Below, piece by piece: positions 38,432-49,751 of a DNA stretch of 64,000 bases. Origin of the DNA: Malacoraja senta (lineage: Eukaryota); NCBI GenBank assembly GCA_038087875.1, contig JAXLNO010000655.1:124001-188000 (forward strand), written 5' to 3'. The notes below the pieces were generated by a model. The model did no database searches, was not told the origin of the DNA, and saw only the letters and a program-made list of their open reading frames with translations. The translations under genes were made by a program, and so were the position numbers. Each line of letters starts with the position of its first letter. Within the stretch, counting starts at the first letter, position 1.

Positions 38432-38750
38432 GGACGGCACGGTGGCACAGCAGTAGATTTGCTGCCTTACAGCGCTTGCAGCGCCAGAGACCCGGGTTCA
38501 ATCCCGACTACTGTCTATACGGGTGCTATCTATACGGAGTTTGTACATTCTCCCCGTGACCGTGTTGGTTTTCTCCGACACTCCAAAGACATTTAGGTTT
38601 GTAGGTTAATTGGCTTGGGTTTGTATATTTGGAATAAATGTTAATTGTCCCTAGTGTGTGTAGGCTTTTGTTAATGTGCGGGGATCGCTGGTCAGTGTGG
38701 GCTCGGTGGGCCGAAGGGCCTGTTTCCGCGCTGTATCTCTAAAATCTAAA
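38432..38750 (+). mobile_element. tRNA-derived SINE (HE1/V-SINE type)
   Basis: Same consensus. Confidence 0.82.
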
Positions 38751-40329
38751 AAAAAAAGGAAGGAACTGCAGATGCTGGGTTACAACAAAAATAGACACAA
38801 AAAGCTGGAGTAACTCAGCAGGTCGGGTTGTATCCGAAGATAGACACAATCTTCTGCTGTCTTCACAGTCTTTAATCTTCACAATCTGCTGCCTGACCCG
38901 CTGAGTTACTCCAGCTTTTTGTGTCTATCTTCGGGTTAAAATAGATGTTTGATTGCTGGCTCAGAACACAAGAATACCCAGTGTGGATATAATCAGCTCC
39001 ACCCACTTGGTTCCATTGACTGCACAATCAATCTTCCCGAGGAATTTCACACCAAGGTCATTGAATCTGGACCTGATCCAGAGTGGGAATTACTCATAAA
39101 AGTGATGGAAGGACATAGAACGTTGAATATCGAACAGTGCAATGACAAGAACAAGCTATTCAGCCCACAATGAACAGGATTCTCCTTCTGGCGGATGTGC
39201 AGGAGTGGGCGCCGTTTGTATGGCCGCCTGCCTGCAGTCCGTCCTCTAACTTTTTTATTGTCTAAAACATTTTTTTTTGGAGTCTATTCTTTCTATGTGG
39301 GGCAGGGGGAACTGTTTTAACCCCAGTCCTACCTGGTCGGAGATGCGGTTTTCCTCCAAATCGCATCTCCGATCTCCCCATGCGGCCTTCCATCGGGCTG
39401 GAGCGGCGTTCCTGCCGGGGGGACCACAGCTTCGGCGGCACAGCGCTGGGACACCAACAAGGAGCGGGTGATGCCTTGCCGGGTCGCCGCTCCGGAGTGC
39501 TGTGACCGCCGACCACCAACATCGAGCGGTCTGCGGTCTGCGGTTTGAGGGCACCCCGCCGCGGGCGGGCGGCGCTGGATCGGAAGCACCGCGGAGTCAA
39601 AGCTCCAACCGGCGCGGCCTGAAGTCCACGGGCGTCGCAGTCTCCGGGGAGGGAGCGGCCGCTCCAGACATTTCCAAGCTGCTGAGGACTTTTCCACCCG
39701 ATGCGGATGGGGCCTATAATCATCGGGCTGCCGTTGCGGCGACTGGCTGCAGTGGCCTCAAACTGGCCCCGACCTCGGGTGGACTAGGAGGAGGAGGAGG
39801 AGGACTGGACATTTTGGTGCCTTCCCTCGCAGTGGAGAGTGTAGATTCTACTGTGGGGGGATGTTCGTGTTGAATTTCTTATAGTGTGTTGTGTCATTTT
39901 TTTTCTACCTCTTTTTATTATTTGTATGGATAGTCGTCCCTGTGAAGCACCTTGAATTGCTGTTTGCACGAATGGTGCTATACAAATAAATTTGCCTTGC
40001 CTTGCCTTGCCTTGATGCCAAGACTATCTCTTATCCATCTGCACATAATCCATATCTCTCCATTTCCTGCATATCCATGTGCCTAACCAGAAGTCTCTTA
40101 AATGCCGCTATCATATCTGCCTCAAGTATCATCCGTGGAAATTATCCTCCGTGTAATAAACTTGCTCAACACATCTCCTTTAAACATTTGCCCCTCTCAC
40201 TTTAAGGCTATGCCCTCTGGTAGTTGATTTCCCCAACCTGGGACAAAGGTTCCAATTGTCCACTCTATCTATGCCTCTCATAATATTATATTATTAATAA
40301 TAATATGATAATAATAATAATATTATATC

Positions 40330-40782
40330 CTCTTCGAAATCTCTTCGGAAGAGGCTTGCGTGCCCCCATGATTCCGAGAGCGATGCCGTCGGAAGCACCA
40401 GCTTCTGGTAGGGCCACCCACGGCGGTAAGGTCGAGGATGAGGGTCCAGACTAAGAACGATCCAACCTACAACACCTCAACGGCGGACCAAGCGGACAAA
40501 GTTATCTTGAACTCAACGGCTGTGAAGGCGGGTGAAGGCTGCAACAGATCTATCAGCTCCAATCATCTTGGTTCCTTTGCCATTGGAATGAGTTGATTGA
40601 TTTGTGAAGGGCCGTGTGCTTCTTGGAGTGCAACATTAATCACATGTTAAACAAACACATGCACAGGTGTCTTCGTTCTGTGAGCAGATTGGACTCATAA
40701 GCCACCTGAGAGTCCATAAAAACAACAGAACATAGACCATCATCCTTGACCTCGAGGGATAGCCATGACGACAATGATGAAT
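40330..40782 (+). mobile_element. RTE-derived short internally deleted retroposon
   Basis: RTE-type 5' UTR joined to an RTE ORF end (SRLDS/IGLISHLRVH-like) and a GAY-repeat tail, within an AT-rich duplicated site. Confidence 0.6.
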
Positions 40783-40960
40783 ATTATATACTTCTATCAG
40801 GTCTCCTTGCAACCTCCCACGTTCCAGAGAAAACAATCCAAGTTTGTCCAACCTGGCCCTGTAGCTACTGCAATACCCCTAAACCAGGCATCATTCTGGT
40901 AAACCTCCTCTGCAACCTTTGCAAAGCCTTCCCACTCTCCCTGCAACGGGGTGACCAGAA

Positions 40961-41310
40961 CATAGAAACATAGAAACATAGAAATTAGGTGCAGGAGTAG
41001 GCCATTCGGCCCTTCGAGCCTGCACCGCCATTCAATATGATCATGGCTGATCATCCAACTCAGTATCCCGTACCTGCCTTCTCTCCATACCCTCTGATCC
41101 CTTTAGCCACAAGGGCCACATCTAGCTCCCTCTTAAATATAGCCAATGAACTGGCCTCGACTACCCTCTGTGGCAGAGAGTTCCAGAGATTCACCACTCT
41201 CTGTGTGAAAAAAGTTCTTCTCATCTCGGTTTTAAAGGATTTCCCCCTTATCCTTAAGCTGTGACCCCTTGTCCTGGACTTCCCCAACATCGGGAGCAAT
41301 CTTCCTGCAC
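40961..41310 (-). mobile_element. CR1 (HER1-type) LINE 3' end
   Basis: SRTRGHSLRIRGKSFKTEMRRTFFTQRVVNLWNSLPQ...FKRELD plus a (TTTCTATG)n tail. Many similar fragments occur, e.g. ~24590-24980, 49430-49751, 55883-56138 and 63805-64000. Confidence 0.88.
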
Positions 41311-41930
41311 TACGGGTAATACTTCAAAAGTGACCTAACCAAAGTGCAATAAAGCTGCATCATGGCTTCCTGATTCTTATATTCAATGTGTAGGCAGGAA
41401 CTGCAGATGCTGCTTCAAACCAAAGATAGACACAAAAAGCTGGAGTAACTCAGCGGGACAGGCAGCATCTCTGGAGAGAAGGAATGGGTAACGTTTCGGA
41501 TCGAGTCTCCACCCGAAACGTCACCCGTTCCTTCTCTCCAGATATGCTGCCTGTCCCGCTGAGTTACTCCAGCTTTCTGTGTCTATCTTATATTCAATGC
41601 CCTTAAACTTTTAAATTAAATTAAAATAAAAAAAGCCCTGATCTATGAAGACAAGCACACCATATGCCTTCTCTACCACTCTATCTACTTGTGTGGTCAC
41701 TTACAGGGAGATAAGGACTTGGACCACAAGATCCCTCTGTGCATCAATGCTGTTATGGGTCATGCCATTAATTGTACATTTTCTCCTCACATTTGACCAC
41801 CTGAAGTGCAACACCTCACACTTGCTTCAGATTAAACTCCATCGGTAATTTCTTTGCCCATTTCTGCAGCTGATCTATATCCCGCTGATATACGTTGATA
41901 GTCTTCTTCACAGTCCGCGATAAATGTCTT

Positions 41931-42488
41931 GGATCCAGTGGCATGGAGTCCAAGACGACCGGAGACCCTTTTCTGCTGCAGCCTTCATCCGCCTTCCCAG
42001 CCATTGTGAGGCTCCACTAAAGTCAGCCATCATCCTCCGCCTGTTCCACCGTTGAGGTCTTGGTTGGATTGCTCTTTATCAGAGATCACCCCCTTGACCT
42101 TACCGCCATGGGTGACCCTACCAGGAGCATAGCTCCAGACGGCATCGCTCTCAGGATCTCAGGTCCACACAAGCTTCTTCACCACGACAAGGTGACAATC
42201 CACGGAGATATATATATCATGTTCATGCTCATCATGTTCGGCCATGTGGGCCAAAGGGCCTGCTCTTGTGCTGCTCCATGTTCTATGTTTCTGCCTGAGA
42301 CTACCAGCACCGCCCCCCTTTGTTTTCAATGCAGCTTCCCGGTTACAAGCACCTCTGCTATTCAGCTCAACGGTTCCCTGTGGCCCCTCAGTCTCCTTCA
42401 CTTCAGGGAAAACAATCCTAGATTGTCCACTCTCCTTATAACTCACTTCAGGAGCTCTACCACTTCAGGTTGCTCTACCACTAACTCA
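41931..42488 (+). repeat. Near-identical direct duplication of 46462-47019
   Basis: Base-by-base colinear with only a few substitutions; ORFs 42060 and 46591 translate almost identically. Confidence 0.93.
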
Positions 42489-42780
42489 ATTCAGGTGTTG
42501 CACTTCATTTGACCACCTGAAGTGCAACACCTCACACTTGCTTCAGATTAAACTCCATCGGTAATTTCTTTGCCCATTTCTGCAGCTGATCTATATCCCG
42601 CTGATATACGTTGATAGTCTTCTTCACAGTCCGCGATAAATGTCTTGGATGAAAACGTAGACGGGTCGGTTAGAAAGTTTGCAGATGACACTGAGATTGC
42701 TGGGGTCATGAAGAAGGCAATGGTGATATATGTTGAGTTACTCCAGTTTTTTGTGTCTACCTTTGTGATATATATATATC

Positions 42781-45700
42781 TTCTTAGGCCCCCTTCGGTC
42801 ATGGCTGACCATGGGTGTCTCCAGGGTGCTATTCCCTATATGGAGGATGCCTGTGCGTGACTTTTTGTAATTTTTTTTAAATTTTTTTTAAATATTTTAA
42901 TTTTATTAGAAGTAAGTACAATTGTATACAATCATATTTTCATAATGCCTTTTATGTACAGCTTCTTATTTAAAAATTTTTTTGTAATAAAGAAGAAAAA
43001 GAGAAAAGTTAGATAATGAAAAATAGAAAAATGTGAGATATATAGTGTGTGAAAAAGAAAAATAGAGAGTGAAAAAAGAAAGTTGAGACATAGAAAATAG
43101 AAGAAAGAGAGTAAAAGAAGAAAAGATAAGAAAAGAAAATAGAAGTAAGGAGATCATTTATAATCTTGACCATCCCCAGTCACGGATTAGCTTTTACACT
43201 TGTGTTGCACCATATGTTTCCAAAAAGACGACAAATGGAGACCAACTCGTTATGAATTGGTCAAATTTATCTATTAGGAGGAATCGCATTTCCTCAAAAT
43301 GTGCGGTATCCAACATACTTGCAATCCACATTTTGAGCGTTGGTATTGGTGTATTTTTCCAAAATTTCAATATTAATTTTTTTGCTATTATTAAACCATA
43401 AATAAAAATTGACTTTTGAGATGAGCTCAATTTGTTCCCGTCTTCCATTACCCCAAATATAATCAATTCGTTATTGGGTTCCATTTTTGTCTTAAATAAT
43501 TTTGTAAATATTTTGAAAATATCACTCCAAAATCCATGAAGTTTTATACAAGAAACAAAAGTGTGTTATAGTTGCGTCTTGGGTTAAACATTTATCGCAA
43601 ATGGGCGATATATTTGGATAAAATTTATTTAATCTTATTTTTGAGTAATATAATCTATGTAAAATTTTAAATTGGATTAGATTATGTCTTGCGTTAATCG
43701 AACACTTGTGAATGTATGTCAAATACCTTTCCCATGTAGCCTTCATAATTTTTATCAATAATTCCTGTTCCCACTCTTCTCTAATTACCTCGGTCACAGG
43801 TAAATCTATATTTAAGATACTATTATATAAATATGATATTAATTTTTGTGTATCAGCTTTTATATTCATTACTTCTTCTAGTAAATCAGGAGTTATTTTT
43901 TGATATCCCTGTATGTATGTCTTCAAAAAATTACAAATCTGAAAATATTTAAAATAATTTCAGTTCAGTTTAAATTTTAATTGTAATTGTTGAAATGATA
44001 ATAAATCTCCCATTTCATACATGTCCCCGATCCTTTTAATTCCTAAACTTTCCCATTGATTATATATTTTATCCATCATAGATGGTTTAAATAAAGGATT
44101 ATTCGCTATCGGTGTTAACAATGATAGGTTTCTTAATTTTAAGGATAATTTTATTTGTTTCCATATTCTTATTGTATCTTGTATAATTGGGTTTTTCTTA
44201 TATATTGTATTGTTCATTTTTTTCGGGGAGAAGAGGATTGTTCCTATATTACAAGGATAACAATCCTCTTTCTCCATTTTTATCCATTCTGTCTGTTGAG
44301 TTGAACTATCCAACCAGTAAATTTTATTCTTAATATGTATTGCCCAATAGTAATACAAAAAATTTGGGAGTGAAAGTCCCCCGACATCTTTTGGTTTACA
44401 TAAGTGTTCTTTTTTAATTCTATGTGATTTATAATCCCAAACAAAATTAGTAATATTAGCGTTCAGTTTAGAAAAAAAATATTTTGGTACATATACTGGT
44501 ATAGATTGAAATAGGTATAATAACTGTGGTAGGAAGCTCATTTTAATAGCATTTATTCTGCCTATCAATGATAAAGGGAGTGTTTTCCAAAATTTTATCA
44601 TTATATTAAGTTTATTTATTAAGGGTATAAAATTGGCATTGAATAAAGCTTTATGTTTTCTAGTAATCTGAATACCCAAATATTTGAATTTTTCTGTTGC
44701 TATTTTAAAGGGGAATTTCAATAAGTGTGTGGATTCTTGAGGTTTTAACGTCATGATTTCACTTTTGTTCCAGTTAAGGATCCAGAAAAGGACCCAAATT
44801 CCTCTATTAAATTTAATAAATTTGGTATGCTCGTTTGTGAATTTGTTATATATAACAGAATATCGTCTGCATACAATGAAATTTTATTATTTGAGTCCCT
44901 AGTATTATAACCCTGAATATTCGGATGGCTTCTTATACTTTCAGCCAGAGGTTTTATCATAAGGGCAAATAGCAGGGGTGATAAAGCACATCCCTGCCTA
45001 TTACCCCTTGATAATTGAAATTTTTTAGATAACATGCTGTTAGTTAATATTCTTGCCATCGGTTTATCATATAATAATTTCACCCATGCAATAAAATGCT
45101 CTCCCATATTAAATTTTTGTAATACTTTGTATAAATACTGCCATTCTACCTGATCAAATGCTTTCTCTGCGTCCAAAGAAATAATTGCTAAGTCTTCTTC
45201 CTCCACTTTATGTGAGTACATTATATTAAACAGGCGTCTCAAATTATTAAATGAATATCTTTTGGGTATAAACCCCGTTTGATCAGGGTTTATCAATTTA
45301 CTAATATATTTGCTTAGTCTTCTAGCTAAAGTCTTTGCTAGAATTTTCTGGTCTGTATTTAAAAGTGATATAGCTCTATATGAGCCTCTAGATCTTTATC
45401 TTTCTTTGGAATAAGCGTAATAGTTGATTCTGCTAATGTTTCAGGTAATTTATTTTCTTTAAAAACGTAAGTATATAAATTAAATAGATAGGGGGTCGTT
45501 ATCTCATGAAACTTTTTATAAAATTCATTACTAAAACCATCTGGTCCCGGTGTCTTACCATTTTTCAGCGATTTTATTGTTTCACCTATTTCTTCGATTG
45601 TAATTTGCGCTCCTAGTTCTTCTTGTTCCAAAAGATCAAGTTTTGGTAGATTACAGTTATCTAAAAAATTTGTAATTTTACTATCTTCTGTTTTGGTTTT

Positions 45701-46738
45701 TGATGTGTATAAATTTTGATAAAATTGAGCAAATCGTTTATTAATATCTTTAGGTAGTGTTAGTAATTCACCATTCTCGGATTTAATTTTATTTATAGTC
45801 TTTTCCTTTTCCTGTTTTTTCAGTTCAGGGAATACTCGTTTTACTCTTCGGTACATAAAACATATTCAAGAATTGATTATTTTTTAGTGGATAGGAAAGT
45901 AATGCCATATATAATTAACCCAACATACCATATTAGTAGTATTTCTGATCACTCTCCGTTGACTTTTTTAGTAAAATTTGAAGGAATGCCGGGAAATAAT
46001 TTTTTTTGGAGGTTTAATACATATATATTAAATGACTTACAGGGTTATCAATATTTGAAACAACAAATGATATCATTTTTTGAGATAAATGATACACCAG
46101 GTACCTCACCTTCTTTAATATGGGAAACTTTTAAAGCATTTATTAGAGGAATTATAATTTCATATGAAATTTTTCAAAATAAGAAGAATAAAACAGAACA
46201 GATGCTGTTAGAACAAGAAATAAGACAGTTAGAGTTAGATAATGCTAAAGATCCCACTATAGATAAACATAATAAGATAATACTACTGAAATTTAAACTT
46301 AACCGAATTCTCTCGGCAAGAGTAATAAGATTATTCCAAATTACAAAACAGGAACATTTTGAGTTTGGTGACAAACCACATAAGCTGGTGCGTGACTTTG
46401 TTTAACGTGGGGAGACTGGTGCACAGACAGCCACCCCACGGTCCTTGACAGATCCCGGTCAGGATCCAATGGCATGGAGTCCAAGACGACCGGAGACCCT
46501 TTTCTGCTGCAGCCTTCATCTGCCTTCCCAGCCGTTGTGATGCTCCACTAAAGTCAGCCATCATCCTCCGCCTGTTCCACCGTTGAGGTCTTGGTTGGAT
46601 TGCTCTTTATCAGAGATCACCCCCTTGACCTTACCGCCATGGGTGACCCTACCAGGAGCATAGCTCCAGACGGCATCGCTCTCAGGATCTCAGGTCCACA
46701 CAAGCTTCTTCACCACGACAAGGTGACAATCCACGGAG
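42781..46738 (-). mobile_element. RTE-derived short retroposon split by the L1
   Basis: Pieces 42781-42864 and 46388-46738 rejoin across the L1 TSD. Flanked by ATATATATATC on both sides; 5' part is homologous to 40350-40530. Confidence 0.65.
42865..46387 (-). mobile_element. 5'-truncated L1-clade LINE with 5' inversion
   Basis: ORF2 pieces on the minus strand (KTPGPDGF, SLDAEKAFDQVEW, QGCALSPLLF, LYADD, C-terminal CDKC). The endonuclease end (SRIDYFL, SDHSP) is on the plus strand at 45826-46387. A-rich tail at ~42865; TSD GTGCGTGACTTT at 42853-42864 and 46388-46399. Confidence 0.93.
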
Positions 46739-48527
46739 ATATATATATCATGTTCATGCTCATCATGTTCGGCCATGTGGGCCAAAGGGCCCGCTCTTGT
46801 GCTGCTCCATGTTCTATGTTTCTGCCTGAGACTACCAGCACCGCCCCCCTTTGTTTTCAATGCAGCTTCCCGGTTACAAGCACCTCTGCTATTCAGCTCA
46901 ACGGTTCCCTATGGCCCCTCAGTCTCCTTCACTTCAGGGAAAACAATCCTAGATTGTCCACTCTCCTTATAACTCACTTCAGGAGCTCTACCACTTCAGG
47001 TTGCTCTACCACTAACTCACTTCATGTTAGTGGTAGAGCAACTCAGCCTTAAAGATCCAGCTGAAACAAAGGCTCTTCTGCCTAGTGAGTCCACGCTAAC
47101 CATCGATCTTCCTTTCACACCAGTTCTACGTTATCCCATATTCTCACCCACTCCCTGCAGACTGAGGGCAATTTACAGTGGCCAATAAACCTACAAACCT
47201 GCATGTCTTTCGGATGTGGCAGGAAACCAGAGCACCCGGAGGAAACCCACCTGGTCATAAGGAGATATGCAAACTCCACATGAACTGCACCTGAGGTCAG
47301 AATCGAACCCAGTTCCCTGGCTCTGAGAGAGGGCATCTCTTCCAGTTGCATCACTGTGCTGCCCTCAATTCAGTGATGGACAGACCAGGGTTTAAGAACG
47401 TAGATATATCAGAGGGTTGCAGAGATGGAGGTGATACAGAGATAGGAACTCGAGCTAAACGGCTGAGGGCTTTCTGTATGAAACCACAAGGCTAGACAGC
47501 TTACAGTAATAGCACAGCTTCATCACACTCCATTGATTTAACAGCCTGCTAGTCCTGACATTGTTTTCTCCAGCGTTCTTCTGCAATAGCAACACAACAA
47601 ATGCACTGTCAATTTCTCTCACATATGGCGAATAAGGAGCTGAATTTGAGCTCCTTATTATCAGGGGATTACAGACAAGAATCTGGAAAATGGGTCAGGG
47701 CTGTGCTGACGCAATTTTGTTTGTGCTAAATTTGCACTTTCTGCTGCTGACTTCCCAGGGATTTGACTTTCGATGTGAAGATAACAAGCGAATACGTAAT
47801 GTGTTCTTCTTAAGCACGCATGATCCAAAAGCAGGTTAATGTCTCTCTGGAAGAAACTTTCACAAGTGCCTGCTGCAGTTATACACCAGTAAAAATAAAT
47901 ATGGTGGCTTGATTTAAGGGTGCTCTTCCGATGATTTATTCCAGCATTTCTGCTCTTTTGTAAATACACCATTCTGGCATGCACTGGATTGTAATAGTAT
48001 GATGGATGACTTCAGGGGGGGGGGGGGGGGAGTCATTTTTTAAAGATAGACACAAAGCGCAGGTGTAGCTCGGAGGGTCAGGCAGCATCTCTGGAGAAAA
48101 AGGATGGGTGACGTTTTGGGTCGGGACCCTTCTTCAGTCTCAGATTTTTTTAACGTGTCTCCATAGAGTCATACAACATGGATACTGGCCCTTCGGCCCA
48201 ACTCGTCCATACCGACCAAGATGCCTAGCTAAGCTAATCCCACGTGCTTGCGTTTGGTCCATATTCCACTATACCTTTCCTGCCCATAGACCCATCCAAA
48301 TGTCCTTTAAGTGGTGTAATTTTGACATCTTCTACCACTTTCTCTGGCAGCTCATTTTATTTACAAACCACTCTCTCTGCAGTAAACGTAGCCCTCAAGT
48401 CTCCCTTTAAGTGTTCCCCCTCTCACTTTCAACCTACAGTCTCTAATTTTAGACTCCTCTGCCCTGTCAAGAAGACTGAAACCATCTATCTTAGCTGTTT
48501 CCCTCATAGTTCTACAAATCTCTGTAG

Positions 48528-49032
48528 TGGGCCTGTCCCACTTAGGCGATTTTTTTAGGTGACGACAGGCGACTAGGCTGTCGCCACATGGTCGCCGGGC
48601 TGTCACCTGTATGGTCTCCTCAGTCGCCCAAAGAATCGTAGCGTTTTTCTGGTTGCCGCTGGATTTTGAAATGTTCAAAACTTTTCGGCGACAGTCGGCG
48701 ATAGTTCGCTTGCCAGGATGACGTAGGTTGTCAACGTGAATTCCATCGGCGACTACCTATGTCAACCTACATCAACCAGCGACGGGTACCGGCGACTGAA
48801 TCGTCGTACCTTGTCGTAGCTTGTCGCGGGTGGACGTAGGTTGTCGTAGGTGTTGTCATAGGTGGACTTCCTAATGAGTCGGTAGCTTGCCGTAGTTGGA
48901 TGTCGACTAGGTGGTAGGTTGTTGTAGACATTGATGTAGACATTGTCGTAGGGGGTTCCAGTCGCCGTTTTTTCAGCTACCTGCTACGACTTTGACAGTC
49001 ACCGAAAAAATCGCCTAAGTGGGACAGGCCCA
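48528..49032. mobile_element. PIF/Harbinger-like MITE (~505 bp)
   Basis: TIR TGGGCCTGTCCCACTTAGGCGATTTTTT...AAAAAATCGCCTAAGTGGGACAGGCCCA with flanks TAG/TAA. Confidence 0.85.
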
Positions 49033-49751
49033 TAAGGTCATCCCTCAATCACCGTTACTCCGAGGAAAACTGTCCCAGCCTACCCAATTTATTCTTATAA
49101 CTCATGTCACCCAGTCCTGGTGACGTGGTTGTGAATCTCTTCTGCACATTTTCCAGTTAAATGACGTCCTTCCTGTAGCTGGTCAACCAGAACTACACAC
49201 AATACGCCAGGTGTGGTCTTGTACACCTGTGACATGACATCTCAACTGTTGCACGAAAGGGTCTGATGGATGCAGACAAGATCTGGGGAAGTAATACGGA
49301 GGCAAATTGGGGTTGTTGCATTTGAAAAGGAGTTGGACTTGAAAGGAGAAACAAATTTAGGGTCAGAAGTAGAGGGCATCATGAAGAAATGAGTTATCGA
49401 CTTCGGGAAATGTGGTGGGTCCATGCTCCAGCCAACTATGGACCCCATATCTGAGGAAGGATGTGCTGGCATTGGACAGGGTCCAGTGGACATTTACGAG
49501 GATGAGCCTGGCGATGATTGGGTTAGCATATGATGAGTACTTGACGGAACTGGGCCTGTACTCGCTAGAGTTTAGAAGGATGAGGGGTTGGGGGAACCTC
49601 ATTGATACTTACCGAATAGTGAATGGCCTGGATAGAGTGGATGTGGAAAGGATGAGTCTAGAACCAGAGAGCACAGTCTTAGAATAAAAGGACGTTCCTT
49701 TAGAAAGATGATGAAGAGGAATTTATTTGGTGAAAGGGTGGTGAATCTGGA

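Noticed and set aside
39255..39873. Overlapping 99-153 aa ORFs in GC-rich blocks (also 62335-62782)
   Set aside because: They are open because of high GC content, with no recognisable domain or splice context.
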